A DNA stretch of 63,608 nt, filler included, from Folioceros fuciformis (Eukaryota): NCBI GenBank assembly GCA_049999805.1. It is 8 parts of 8 records of this genome, joined end to end, with 100 filler letters (N's around TTAATTAATTAA, not from the genome) between each part and the next. Parts side by side here need not be neighbours in the genome. Positions count along the whole stretch, not along the records: positions 19,987 to 33,568 come from JBNGIO010003934.1; positions 33,669 to 43,931 come from JBNGIO010003935.1; 6 more parts are not named here. The stretch is one strand, 5' to 3'. The notes beneath the pieces were generated by a model, which ran no database searches, was not told the origin of the DNA, and saw nothing but the letters and a program-made list of their open reading frames with translations. Numbering within the stretch: the stretch's first letter is position 1; each line of letters starts with the position of its first letter. Shown in pieces: positions 27,991 through 41,250 of the stretch. Position numbers and translations under genes: made by a program.

Positions 27991-30386
27991 GGAGCCCCCG
28001 AACACTGGCAGGCAGGCAGGCGGGAGGGAACGAAGAACAAGGCAGAAAGAGAAAGAGAGCCCTCACTTATCTATCACAAACGAAAGCCATCAAAAACAAA
28101 AACCAGTTTCAGTCTTGTGCACGGCACGCCGACTGCTCTTTGCTGCTGGGAGTCCCGTCCCGTCTCCAGTGTCTGCGTGCACAGCACAGGCTGTACAGGG
28201 TCCAGCACTCCAGGCGGAGCGCAGCTGTGTCCAGACAGGTCCTAGAGACCGGACGAATTCTCGTCTCTTCTCGTCTCGTCTGGTCTCGTCCCGTCTCATC
28301 TGGTCTCCTCTCCTCTCATCTCATCACGTCACGTCACAATCCTAGAAGCGCGAGCCCACCCCTGTACGCCCTAGCCCTAGGTGATCTACTTAGACGATAG
28401 CGCTGCCGTGGCGAAGTGTGGCAGGACCTCGGTGGAGCCTGCCAGGCTATGGCGCTGCTGCACGAGAGCCGGCGGTTCCTCTGCTCTGCTCTGCCGGTTT
28501 CGCCGCCGAAGATTCCGTCCCCCTGAGCCGGGATAGGTAAAGCCAGTTACGCCACTCGGCAGCAACCCGTTGTTCAGTGTCCAGTGTCCAGTGTCCGTGC
28601 CGTTGCCAGAGTAATAATCGAAAAGTAGAAACGAAAAAGGCAAAGCGGGAATGAAGCCCAGCGAACCGTAATATCCAACACTCTCTCTTTCCCTTTCTCT
28701 CTTACATCACCTCGGTTTCCCAAATTCCCAGCGCATTCGCCAGCCCCGCGCACCGGGCCAGACCGGCCTGGCTCGGATCGGCTCGGCTCGGCTTGGACCT
28801 TGCCTTTGCTTTGGTGTGAAATGAACGCAAAGGAAGAATGAAATAAAAGAGGCGAGTAAAGCAAGTGTGCTTTGTTCTTAGGCAACGCATCCAATTAGGC
28901 TTGCCCTAGAGTCAAGCCCGTGGGTGCACAGTAGTCTTCCGGACGACGTCAAAGAACGCGGTTTCCGCAATACACGCCACCGTACAGCCCATACGACGAC
29001 GACGCAGTCAAGAGCACGCGTTACCCCAGAGGCTACATACCACGGCAGGGCCGTTAACTTGGTTCCCCATCCACTGGAACTGGAACTTGAAACTGAAACA
29101 GAAACAGAAACTGGACTGCTGCGGCCCGGGTACGGCCCGAGACCCAGCCCGACCCGACCCGACCCGACCCGACCCGACCCGACCCGACCCGACCCGACCT
29201 CATCCTGCCCAGGCCTCATTCCCCAGGCCCAAGTCCTCAGCCCTACGCCATCGCCAGCGCCTTCCCAGCATCATCATTCCTCGCAGCAGCATTTATGCTA
29301 GCTAGCTCTGTAATGCCGGCAGGCCTGCTGCGTGGCTGGATTTCTTCCCGCTTCTGCACCTCCCAGTGTGAAACGTCCCGCGCCTCCATCCCAGCTGGGG
29401 CCAGCGCTGGCTGGCCCTTGATTCGTGCAATACTCAAGGCCAAGCCAGGCTCGATCTGCTTTTACCTGCCAAGACATCCATTCCTCCACCTACTCCCGCC
29501 TCCACCCAGATCCCCACAATCCCAACAAAGCGCTCTGTCGCGTCCATTAACATGCCCCGCTCATTCCACCAACTTCACATCATTTGTTATCCAGCTCTAT
29601 CTGCACCTTCCCCCCCTCTTTGAATCTTTCTCTTTACTCGGCTCTCAATGCTGCTGCTGCTCGTTTCGTCATCATGTAGCACTAACAAACCTTTTGCGCG
29701 ATTCACTTCTTTGCTAAACAGATTCCTAATCCCAGCTTAGATTCTGAAGAAAGCAAATCAAGCCAATTGGAAGGCAGCCCACGGAGTCCACACGGCAACA
29801 TGTGTTCCCTCCAACATGTGTTCCACTTGCAAGGATCCCTTCCACTTGCCAGGATCCCTATCCCTGGCTCACTTTAGGCGTGGGTGTGGGCTTCGACCTT
29901 TTCCGAGCCTACCCATCTTTTGAATACGTGAGCGTCATGTCATCTGCACCAAGATATTCCAGCTTCAGTTTACATATATTTTTTGTTTGTTTGTCTGTTT
30001 GTTTATGTCTTAAATGCATGAAGCATTTCCCCTGGTCTTCCCGTAACAACCTCTGTTGGGTAACAAAAATCGAACAGCACATCAAACTGCTTTGGATTTT
30101 GGTCAAATCCTCCCGACGTCATGTGTGCACCTACCTACCTACACAATACCTACCTACTCAGAGATGAAATCGCAGTGTAGAGGGCGTGCAGACGCGTCTG
30201 AATTTGGTCCAGCTACTTCCGGCTGCGCGACAACGCTTGCGCCGGAACGCGTCAGTTGTTTACTTCTGTTGTTTGGGTGACAAGTGGAACGATGACATCC
30301 AACCACGGCCCAAGCCGTGCGTGTGTCTTGTATGCTACCAAGCAGCGCTGGGATCGGGTCACGTCGACGAATCGAGCACGGCGGCT

Positions 30387-30770
30387 ATGGCGGACGCAGG
30401 AGCTCTGGGTTCGGGGGCGCGGCTGGCAGGAAACGGGTGCGGTGCGATTGCAACGAGCCGGTGCCGGGGGCATCGAGCTTGCGTGCGCCGGCGGGTGTGC
30501 GTGCAGGCGTCGCTGCTGCAGCAGGTGGCAGAGGCGAGTGTCTCCTTTGAGCCGCAAGCGTCGTGGCAGATTTACGCGGGGGCTGCGGCCGGGGTGGCAC
30601 CCTTCGTCATTGCGGGAGTGGAGTTCGGCAAGCGAATCGCGCAGCAGAGGCGGTGCCAGGTGTGCGGGGGATCGGGGCTGGTGAAGCGTAAGGATTACTA
30701 CTTCCGGTGTAATGGATGCGGAGGATTCCTCCCTTGGCAGTCCTGGAGTCGTTTCTTCTCGGGCCGTTGA
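30387..30770 (+). CDS. Small plastid membrane protein with a C-terminal CxxCxGxG...CxxCGG zinc ribbon (DnaJ-like zinc finger), intronless
   Basis: Transit-peptide-like N-terminus, hydrophobic segment WQIYAGAAAGVAPFVIAGVEF, then KRIAQQRRCQVCGGSGLV...FRCNGCGGFLPWQSWSRFF, a conserved green-plant family motif. Confidence 0.85.
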   Translation: MADAGALGSGARLAGNGCGAIATSRCRGHRACVRRRVCVQASLLQQVAEASVSFEPQASWQIYAGAAAGVAPFVIAGVEFGKRIAQQRRCQVCGGSGLVKRKDYYFRCNGCGGFLPWQSWSRFFSGR

Positions 30771-30879
30771 GCAGACTGGTTTCAGCACTGGAGGAGGTTC
30801 ACCGGTCTGTGAGCTACGAGCTCATCGGTCTGTGTTCTCTGATCTGGATTTGAAGATGTTTCACCTTTAACTGCACGGG

Positions 30880-32050
30880 TGGCCACGCTTGCGCTTGCCT
30901 GTGGCACGCAGGCAAACGTTTCAGAGTTGGAATACGGCCGTGCGTCCTTCTTGCCCCATACCTGTTCTGGAGATGTCCTGCTGTCGTGCCGTGGTCCGCG
31001 TGACCACATCTTTGCGAAAACAGAAGGCCATCGAACACAATCTCAACGTCTTCCAAGTTGTCACCCTTTCCAAACATGTTCGCTGACCGAGCTGTTGGAT
31101 ACAAACGCGTCACCTTGATCTCCGATCCTTACTTACATGAGCACGGGGGTCCTTTCCCTTCGCCAAACCCCAAGTGCGCACACTTGAGCGCTCCTGTGGT
31201 AGGGACACAGATGACACTGGAATCAGGTACAGCTGTGCCTTCTTCGTGAATAGCAGCATACAGCCCAAGGGATTTCTGGCCCATACCCTGCGCTGCATAT
31301 CCTGCTATCATGACAGTCCATGTCATCCAAGTCCGTCAAACACACCTTGGCCGGCCTCTCCAGGCTCCTACACCTGTTACACATGTCCACCATTTGCAAG
31401 CAGCTGGAAACGAAAATATGTATCAGGCTCAATGCCGCTGGCCCGAACATCAGCATGCACCTGGTGCCAAATCTTCAAGAGTGATCCCCTCAGCTTGCAC
31501 AACCCCGAAGGAATGCCACAAGAACATGCCCAACTTACTTCACACCGACGCATCTCATGGTACTGCTCTACGGCCACCTTGACTCATCCCCACTTAACAT
31601 GCGTAGAGATGATAGCAGACCAGGAGAAGTCATGCGGCTTGGAAACCGATTCAAACACGTCCATCGCGTCTTGCAACCTGCAATGGAAGGCATACAGTCG
31701 CAGAACCAGGTTGCCCAGTACCGAGTCCCACGGCTACCCCTTTCTCATCCCCAAGACATGGACGCGGCTACCCAGAACAACATCCTATATCGCTTAATAT
31801 TCCTTCAACACCGTGTGTTTTATAAACAGTGACAAAGAACCACAGCTTCCCTCTGTGCACAAGCACTTCCAAAGCCTCCACAGCCTCATTGAGTCGGCCC
31901 TCATGTCACAGCTTGCCCCCTGCTGTTGGAGTCACGATCCTGTCGTCATAGCTTGCCTGCCATCCCGCAGAAGTCTGGGGTCTCAAACTTCCCCCACATA
32001 AACCCTCTTGGCGACTACCCTCGCTGGAAGCATCCTCGCCAGCCAGACAT
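30880..32050 (-). pseudogene. Degenerate PLS-class PPR gene
   Basis: Broken PPR motifs: QVHADVRASGIEPDTY, MVDMCNRCRSLE, MTWTVMIAGYAAQGMGQKSL...PDSS and ANMFGKGDNLEDVEIVFDGL, with many frameshifts. Confidence 0.8.
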
Positions 32051-32279
32051 GTCCCTTCACCTGCCTCTTGTCTTGCCGAGATGCTGCACGGCCCCCTGGG
32101 TTGTGCGCCCATGCTCGCTTCTGTGACGTCAATGTAGCACTCCGTAGATCTCATGCCGACGAACCCAACAGCCATGGGTAGAAGGAATGCGCATTGAGCT
32201 GAAGGCCAGAAGGCTATCTCGTGCGGCATTTGCTAACGTCAGAAGCCTACATGGAACTAGCATACTCATGTGGCTTTCA

Positions 32280-33498
32280 CATCCTAGAAGACAAGCTTCC
32301 TCTTCACTGCGCAGTGCACTTTAATGAGCTGCATCGGAAACCTAGAATAGAAATACCGGACAGTTTTTAGCCTAAACCCAGTGAAGTTACACCATGTTGT
32401 TGCCATGGTATTGCATCGACTTGTTGCCATGGTGTTGCATCAACTTGCTAGAGGATTGCCACCACATATTGTTGCATATATGTATGGAGTTGGGTCATCC
32501 ATTGTGGTTTAGTACACTTTGTTGGTTACTGCAATTTTAAGCAATCCTAACAAGTAGTTCTCAAGATTTATTTCTTGCCCCTCTACGACTCAGCAACGGA
32601 ATATATTTGCAAAGTTTTTGGTTCTTACAGGATTACCAAATATGGTTGGAGCAATAGATGGATCTCACATAAAGATGGCTAGACAACTAGATACACAAGT
32701 CAACCCAGTGGCCTTATTGGTGTCGTCATGACATTTGGCTAGACAACTAGATACACAAGTCAACCTTGTGGCCTTATTTGGTGTCGTCATGACATTTGAC
32801 TAGACAACTAGATACACAAGTCAACCCAGTGGCTAGACAACTAGATACACAAGTCAACCCAGTGGCCTTATTGGTGTCGTCATGACATTACTTCGTTGTT
32901 TTGCAAGGAATATGTGATTCTGACCAATTATTATTCCTTGATGTTTCTTGTACTCATCCAGGTGGTGTCCATGATGCTACAATTTTACGAGAAAGTAGTG
33001 TATGGCAGAAAATGACACAGGGACAAATATTGACATCACCTTCCATAGAAATTTGTGGAACTACAATTATGTCATTTATTGTGGGTGATTCTGCATACCC
33101 TTTGATGCCTTTTCTTTTGAAAGCTTTTCATGTAGTAGGAAATGATAGAGAAAGGCTATGTTTAATAAGAGCATGCGGCGTGGGCGGGTGAAGATAGAAA
33201 ATGCTTTTGCACTCTTGAAAAATAGGAGGCGCATATTAAAAACCTGAATGTAAGGCTGAAATATGCCTCTCAAGTTGTAATTGCTTGTTGTGTGTTATAT
33301 AATTATTGTATCATGACTGGCGAGGCACATCCCCGAGATGTCGATGCGGACCCATATCCTTTATATGATGGCCAGGAAATAAATATGTGGGAGGATATGT
33401 CATATAGACATTTATATAATGAAGCGAAAAAGAGAAGACAAGCTTTGTTCGATACTTGGAGAATTTCTACACAAGGTCCCTTAGTAGCTGAAACATAG
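32280..33498 (+). mobile_element. PIF/Harbinger transposase pseudogene (DDE_Tnp_4) with an internal ~60-bp tandem amplification (32676-32889)
   Basis: GLPNMVGAIDGSHI, LQGICDSD...FLDVSCTHPGGVHDATILRES, IVGDSAYPL and RVKIENAFALLK motifs. Confidence 0.9.
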
Positions 33499-33668
33499 AG
33501 TATGGAATGGTGGAAAGTGTCAAAAGAGAAAACATTAAACGTGAAGATGTCATTCACCTTCAGTGAATNNNNNNNNNNNNNNNNNNNNNNNNNNNNNNNN
33601 NNNNNNNNNNNNTTAATTAATTAANNNNNNNNNNNNNNNNNNNNNNNNNNNNNNNNNNNNNNNNNNNN

Positions 33669-34145
33669 GGGGGAAAAGGGATGGGGGCGGCTGCAACCCC
33701 TGCCTCTAGCTCTAGCTAGGGCATGGCCTCCACAGCCGTTCATGCCAGCCAAGCAATCAGCCAGCCTATCGTCAGACCCTGACCCCTGACACTGACACAC
33801 CCAGATACCCCTTCCTATGTTCAAATCATTATTATATTATTTTATTATTATTTAATCATTTACTAATTATATATCTTTAATTAATATTAAACTAATCACC
33901 CAACCCTATGGCCTGGTACCGAACCTAAACCTTCCCAGCTCTGGGACCAAACCTATACCCACTCTTATAACCAAACCAACTATTTCCTGGTCAATTAACC
34001 TAATTAACACACAGAAAAATAGGAAAAATGACCAGAAAATCAAGGAAAATTAGGGAAAATAAGTTGAAAAAGAAAACCAAACCATACCACTATTAACCCT
34101 TTTTCAACCAAAACAAACTACTACCCCAAACTTTGGAGGTTCACA
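33669..34145. mobile_element. LTR-like repeat end (…CTTTGGAGGTTCACA); the same ~90 bp occurs at 56813-56906
   Basis: Near-identical sequence near the start of two scaffolds. The homology stops sharply at CA and the flanks differ. Confidence 0.7.
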
Positions 34146-34659
34146 CGGGTGCCACCTCTGGAGTTGCTGGATCGACGCCTGGCTCTCATACACAGCCCAT
34201 TTTTGGCTAGATAGCATTTGGCTCTTTCCTATCACAAGGAAACCCAACAACATCAACATCAGGATGGAACCTAGCAGGCAATTTTCCTAATTTTGCACCT
34301 AGACCTTTCTCAACAGGGTCAGCAGGAGGCACAAGATCAAATCCTGCCTCGACCAGGGTTGCAACAGGCATAACTGTAGTACAGGCGTTAGGTCCTTCAT
34401 CTTATTCCGGATTTCTTGCCGCACGCTATTATAACCCACTGCCAAGCTACAGAGTTGGACTTGGGAATCCACTACCTACCACAGGAGCTGGAATCACCAA
34501 CCCACTGCTGGCACTTGGAGCCGGGTATGGTAATCCCGTAAGCGGTTATGGAACCGGACTTGGACAAGGACCTCCACAACCACAAATGCCCGGTCCGGGT
34601 ACCGCGCTCACACATCCTGCACAGGCACTGCCAATAGCTTATAGCCTTCTTACACAATT

Positions 34660-37600
34660 GAGTTCAAGGAGCGAGATAGGTTTAAGGGGAATAAATATCC
34701 CGACTGGAGTGTTCGCATGGGTGCTGCACTAGATGTACAGCATGTGTGGGGTGTTGTTAGTGGACAGATCCGGCCACCTGCAGCTACTGCTCCACAAATT
34801 GATCAGGAGAGATGGGAGAATGCCAACAACGTAGCCCGAGCCCTCATCATTAGTGGGCTTGATGAAGTGTTAGTGCCAGATGTAGCTTTCCTTACCAAGA
34901 CCGAGGACATCTGGACACAACTTGCACAAACATACGATGTGAAGAATGTACTCACCCTATGTGTTGTCAGAAGTGAGCTGTTTACTCTTCGCATGTGTGA
35001 TGGTGACAAAGTTACTACTTTTGTTGGAAAATTCAGGCAACTTAGAGCTACTTTGATTTCACTTGGTTTTCCCATGCCTGAGCTTGATGCTGTAGTACAG
35101 CTTTTGACTAGCCTTCCCAATAGCTACCAATCTTTTGTCACTAGCTATGGTACCACACTTTGTGATGTTGGTAGAGCTGCAGCAGCAGGTCAACCAGTGA
35201 TGATTAGCTTTGCGGATGTAGTTGGAGCTCTCTTTCAAGAAGAGTGGTCTTGCAACCCATCGCACTTTAATTCTAGCAGGACCAAAACTGACAAGGTTTT
35301 CTCCACATCCAAGTTCCACCCACAAGGCCATAGCAAGCAATTTTCTGCAACTGGCCCTTCTAAGGATTCCAAGTCAGGACAGGTCAAGAGGACAGGTGCC
35401 TGCAATTGGTGCAGTTGTCTTGGTCATTGGGAACGAGAATGTAGAAAGAAAAAGTCTCGAGAACCTAGGAAAGCCGAGAAGACTCCTCAGGCTTATTTAG
35501 TCTCCAAGCCTTCTAAGGCCAGCACATCTGGCAAGCCTCCCGTTGTTATGATAGTTTGTCTTTCCACTGCTTCCAGGGTAGATGATGCCTGGTACTTGGA
35601 TTCCGGAGCAACGACACACATCTGTCACAACAGGACTTTGATGAGCAATTTTGTCTCACTGCACACTGTTGAACGGGTACTTTTGGGAGATGAGCTTACA
35701 AGAACATGACTCAAGATTCTTGGACGCGGCTCGTGCTATTTTCAGTCATCTAATGGAGAGCTTCTTTGACTTGACAACGTCCTCTATGTGCCTGATATGG
35801 CCAAGCATCTTCTGTCAGTAAGCCAGCTTATGCAGCTTAAACGCTTTCAGTTAACTTTTACTTCTAACGGCTGCATGCTCACTACATCTGGTCCTTCACC
35901 TTCCCTGGTTGCTATGTGCTTGCTAGAGCATGATTTATATCAGCTAGATATGTTCCGTGTACCTGTTAAGAGTGCTCGTGTGGCTGAGAGGTCTTAGACA
36001 GCTTTAGCTCAATTGTGGCATGCCCGTTTGGGCCATGCTAACAAGGATAAACTCATAAAAATATCCAACTTAGAATGTTATAGAGAACCACTACCTAAGT
36101 GCTTTAAGAAACTTCCCACATGTGAAGCCAAGTAGAAAGAACTCCCATTTCCAACCACTGTAGCTACACGGACTGCATCAGTCCTAGACCTAGTTCATGT
36201 AGATATCTTTGGGAAAATACATGTTCCTTCTTTAGGTGGTTCTCTTTATTACCTCACCATTACTGATGATTTTAGCCGCTACTCTTGGACCTTTCCCATG
36301 AAAAAGAAGTCGGACACATTTGTCTATTTTCAAGAATGGCTTACCATGGTTCAGAGATAGATTGGCTGCTCTCTTAGATGCTTGAGGTCGAACAATGGTA
36401 CGGAGTTTGTGAATGGCCCTTTTGATGAGTACTTATCTGGACAAGGGATCATTCGGCAACTGAGCATTCCATACACTTAGCAACAAACGGTGTTGCTGAG
36501 CACTGAAACCAAACTTTGCTCAACATCACTCGGAGTATGCTAGCTTGGTTTGGCTTGAGCAAGGCGTATTGGGCAGAGGCAGTTGTGACTACCACCTACA
36601 TACTCAACAGGTTGCTTACCACAGCTGTTCCTGACTGTACACCTTTCGAAAGGATCTGGAAATGCAAGCCCAGCTTGCGCCATCTCCGTGTGTTTGGATC
36701 CCCTGCATATGCTTATATTCATGAGGAACAGAGGAAGAAGATGGAAGATCGAGCTCGACCCCTTATTTTTGTTGGATATGGTGAGGAGACGAAGGCCTAC
36801 AAGTTATATGACCCCTCCACTAGATCCTCAGTCTTTGCTTGGAGCGTCACTTCCAAGGAGCTCACTCAACCAGCTACGCCATCTTCTCTTGCTTTTGCCC
36901 CTGCTCCTCACTTCGATGATGCGGATTTTGATGCCCCTCCCACAAAGTATCCTCAATATGCTGCTTATGAACCACCACCTCACCCTTGTTTTGATCAATA
37001 GGCAGCTAGCAGTTCAGGGGGTGGAATTCCCGCTTATGTGCAGGTTCCGCAGGCTCCCCTTGCATCACCGACACAGGTTCCTGTGCAAGCACTTGCACCA
37101 CTGACTCCTGCACCCACAGCCACAGTTAGTGCTGACCCTGTTTTGGAATTTCCCGAGTAGCAAGATGCAAAACTTGAGCAGGATGACGAACCAAAATTTG
37201 ACACACAACATGTGGACATCCATCCAAATGTTCCTGACCAGCTAGAAGATGAACCTGAGCTGGCAGCCCTCCTAGAACTTGAGATACCACCAGCTGAGGA
37301 GACACTTCATGAACCTGCAGTTGAGGAACGGAGGTATCCTACAAGGTCTCGTCCTGCATGAGACAACTGGAATACAAGACCATATGAACCAGAGGATTTT
37401 CGTCTTCCTCGAATCTGCAAGGCTATGTGAAGCCCTCTCTACAAGCATTGCTCATCCAGCAGAACCTCGCACATACAGAGAAGCTATCATCGGTCTAGAT
37501 AAGGCTCATTGGATTCCATCCATTCAGGATGAGTACAACTCACTAATAAAGAATGAAACAAGGGAGCTTTGCCCTCTACCTACTGGAAGGAGAACCGTAA

Positions 37601-39829
37601 GCTGCAAGTGGGTTTTCAAACACAAACTCAACACCAAAGGTGAAACAACACGCTATAAATCACGACTTGTTGCTTGTGGATTTTCTCAAGTAGCAGGTGT
37701 TGATTTTAACGGAACCTTTAGCCTAGTTGTGAAGACTTAATCTATTCGGATGATATTAGCCTTGGCTGTAGCTAGGGATTGGGATCTGGAACAAATGGAT
37801 GGATCCACAGCTTTCCTCTATGGTGATTTGGATATTTATATGGATTAGCCTGAGGGCTTTGTGGATCCTGAACACCCAGATTGGGTATGTAAGCTTAAGA
37901 AGAACTTGTACGTGCTCAAACAGAGTGNNNNNNNNNNNNNNNNNNNNNNNNNNNNNNNNNNNNNNNNNNNNNNNNNNNNNNNNNNNNNNNNNNNNNNNNN
38001 NNNNNNNNNNNNNNNNNNNNNNNNNNNGAAGAATGAAACATGGGAGCTTTGCCCCCTACCTGCTAGAAGGAGAATGGTAAGTTGCAAGTGGGTTTTCAAA
38101 CACAAACTCAACGCCAAAGGTGAAATAGCACGTTATAAATCACGACTTATGCTCGTGGATTTTCTCAATTAGCAGGTGTTGATTTTAACGAAACTTTTAG
38201 CCCGATTGTGAAGACTCAATCTATCCGGATGCTGTTAGCCTTAGCTGCAGCCAGGGATTGGGATCTGGAACAAATGGATGTCTCCACAACTTTCCTCTAT
38301 GGTGATTTGGAGGAAGATATTTATATGGATTAGCTCGAGGGCTTCGTGGATCCTGAGCACCCAAATTGGGTATGTAAGCTTAAGAAGGCCTTATATGGGC
38401 TCAAACAGAGTGCCCGTGAGTGGTATAAATGCATAGACAAGTATCTTTGCTCTATAGGTTTCCTGCAAAACCCAGCAAATTCTAATGTATGTCTACACCA
38501 AGATTGGTTACCTAGTTGTTTTAGCTCTTTATGTAGATGATGCCATCTTGGCGTCAAATAATTGAGGGCTATTAGATTGGGCTAAGGGCATGCTTCATAA
38601 ACAGTATGATCTGAAAGATATTGGCCCTCTCACTTTTGTTTTAGGCGTATAGCTTCTTAGGGACAAGGAAACACGTACTTTGATTCTTCATCAAACCAAG
38701 TACATCGAAGAGACACTTTGGCGTTTTAATCTTCAGGATGCTAAGCCAGTTAGTACTCCTGGATGTGTTGGTGTTAAGCTTTCTACTCTTCAGTGTCCTC
38801 AGGATGATGATGATCGAGAAGCCATGAGCCAGATTCCTTATCAGCATGTTGCGGGCTGCCTCAACAATATCAGCTGCTGGACACAACCTGACATCCAGCA
38901 TTCCGTGAGTGCAGTTTCACAATATCTGGAGAATCTTGGCCAAGGACACTGGATGGCCGTTAAACATATTTTAAGGTATCTGAAAGGGACTTCTACTTTT
39001 GGACTCTGCTTCAAGATGACGACCTCACCTTGAAGGGGTATGTTGATGCGGACTGGGCGACTGACCGAGATCAATGTAAGAGCATCTCTGCATACTGCTT
39101 CCTCCTATCTGGTACAGCTGTTAATTGGAGTTCGAAGAAGCACACATCCATTGCTCTCTCATCTACCGAGGCCGAATATAAGGCTCTTACGGATTCAGTC
39201 AAGGAGGCCGAATGGGAGCGGACTTTCCTTGTTGGTTTGAATTTTCCACAGGCTATCCCTACAACCATCTTCTGTGACAACATGTCAACTATAGCTTTGG
39301 TAGGGAATCCTCGATATCACGCGCACACCAAACACATAGAAGTTCACCATCATTTTGTTCGACATGCTGTGGAGCACAAGGTCATCAAGATCGAGTATAT
39401 ATCAACAAAGTTGAACACCGCTAATGTGCTTACACTTATCGACAAGCAAGCATGTCTTCCACATGGAGGCATTGGGTCTAGTAGAGTATTCTTCCTACTT
39501 GCCTTGAGTTGCAGGTGGAGGCGCTAGGTGCTGGACGGATGAAGCTTACTGCAAACATAATCGTCCAACACTCAGCTCGTTTTCTACTTTGGCCATCTTC
39601 GTTTTTGTCTACGTCCTTAGTGTAACCAGCGTCGTGGTTAAGGGGGTGTGTCAAACCATAGTTAATTATAGTAACCACGGTCACTGGGTTACCTAGACTA
39701 GGGTTAGATATATTATGAAGGGTTACATAGTTAACACGTAGGGTTTAGTATTTAAGACCAACTCTTTGTAATCATTGTTATCTCATTCATTATTCAAGTT
39801 TGTTGTTCTCTCTAAACAATATTATCACC
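34660..39829 (+). mobile_element. Degenerate Ty1/Copia element: gag (CCHC), protease, integrase, RT, RNase H, PPT and 3' LTR (from 39649)
   Basis: [74 protein letters not shown] and KHIEVHHHF motifs. PPT TTAAGGGGGTG then TGTCAAACC. An RT segment is duplicated across the gap at 37928-38027. Confidence 0.93.
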
Positions 39830-41250
39830 CGTAGCACAGGTGGAGCAAACAGATCACAAGGTACCCACACACTCACCAAAACCCCGTTATACAGCTTAAC
39901 AGAATGAGATACCATAGCGCACAATCAGTAATGAATAGAGATAAGACTTACTTACTTTAGTCCAGCATTAGTGATGACTTATTAGTTAGTGGATAGAATT
40001 AATGAATAGCAAATAGACAAACGGGAGGACGGGCCAAGAACCGAATGGACGGGAGCCCGCTAGTCCGGGTGCTGGGAGGATCTTGGCCTGTACCTACCTA
40101 CCTAGGCCGTAGGTAGTTGTACTGGACATAAACACAAAATAGGCTATTTAGGAGTCTCGCAATAGGTCCGATTTCTCCCGAAGACGAAGGAAAACGGGGT
40201 TGCTACATTTGGTATCAGAGCCAAGCATGCCCAACAACGCCCAGCCCGCATTAGAAGGACCTGTGGAGAGTAGGCCAGGATGAGTGAGTATGTCTCCCCT
40301 TGGCAAGTGTAGAATCTCATCATCAGCTACAGTGAAGAAGAATCACAAGGGGGTATCGCGTATCGGCTATGTAGGCGAGGCAAGTCTTCGACCTCCTCTT
40401 CGCGCCGTGGCTTCTTTCAAGGACCACCTCAAGTCAGCGCCGCACACCACTGGGAGACGGACCACCAAATTCAGGATCAGCGTGGCACGGGCCAAGTTCG
40501 TTTCTCCACCAACGGAGGTGAGGCCAGGCTCCTTGATGATCGAGGTGGGCTTGCTACCCGAGATTCGGAGGTCAAGTACCAAACCAATCCAACTCCCCAA
40601 TGCTGAGGTAGACCACAGAAGGGAGCTGTCGCCTTAGCTGTGTAGGTAGGAACCCGAGATCGGTTGACATAGCTTGCACAAACCACACGGGAGGATCAGC
40701 CGCTAAAGGCGACACAAGAGGCGTCCCAACGCCACAACAATTCCGCAAATCACTAGGAGGAGAGAACGTAGAGTATGGATGCGACTTGCAAGGGAGTCGT
40801 GGAATCGCTTGCCAGCGCACGGACAGCAGGTGCGTACAGTGGAGGCCTTGCTCAGCCGGGTGGAGTCGCATTGGGAGGATGGACAACAACGCTTAGAGTG
40901 CCAAATGACTGGTCTCTTGTAGGTGCTAGGACAAATGGGCCTGGCGCACGCCAAGGTGCCGACGTCAGCGGGACAAGAAATGCTGCTCCCACCCCCTGCG
41001 ACATATCCACCAACCCGACTGGAACTGCCCCCATGGGAGGACGCTATACCTGCGCGGATACAAGCCGAGGGACAGGTCAGGAAAGACAAAACAGCCTCGG
41101 TGGGACACACAGCGGCACACAACGAGGAAGAAGACGAGGCACTACGAAGGATGGTCGTGGAGCTTCTACCTGGTGAGTGTGAAAACAAGGATACAGGGAT
41201 ACCCAAGTGATAACACCAACAACTCTTGGGATACAAACACGCCAGGCGCT
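39830..41250 (+). mobile_element. Gypsy-type 5' LTR (39830-40207) with tRNA-Met PBS and a non-coding or decayed internal region, abutting the Copia 3' LTR
   Basis: Terminal inverted ends (C)GTAGCA...TGCTACA followed by TT TGGTATCAGAGC at 40210. Confidence 0.7.

Noticed and set aside
26901-29720. Long GC-rich ORFs upstream of the kinase
   Set aside because: They arise from microsatellites and high GC content, with no domain signal. This is probably 5' UTR/promoter sequence.
37549-38411. Copia with a naturally duplicated RT
   Set aside because: The duplication flanks an N gap and is most simply two related copies or haplotypes scaffolded together.
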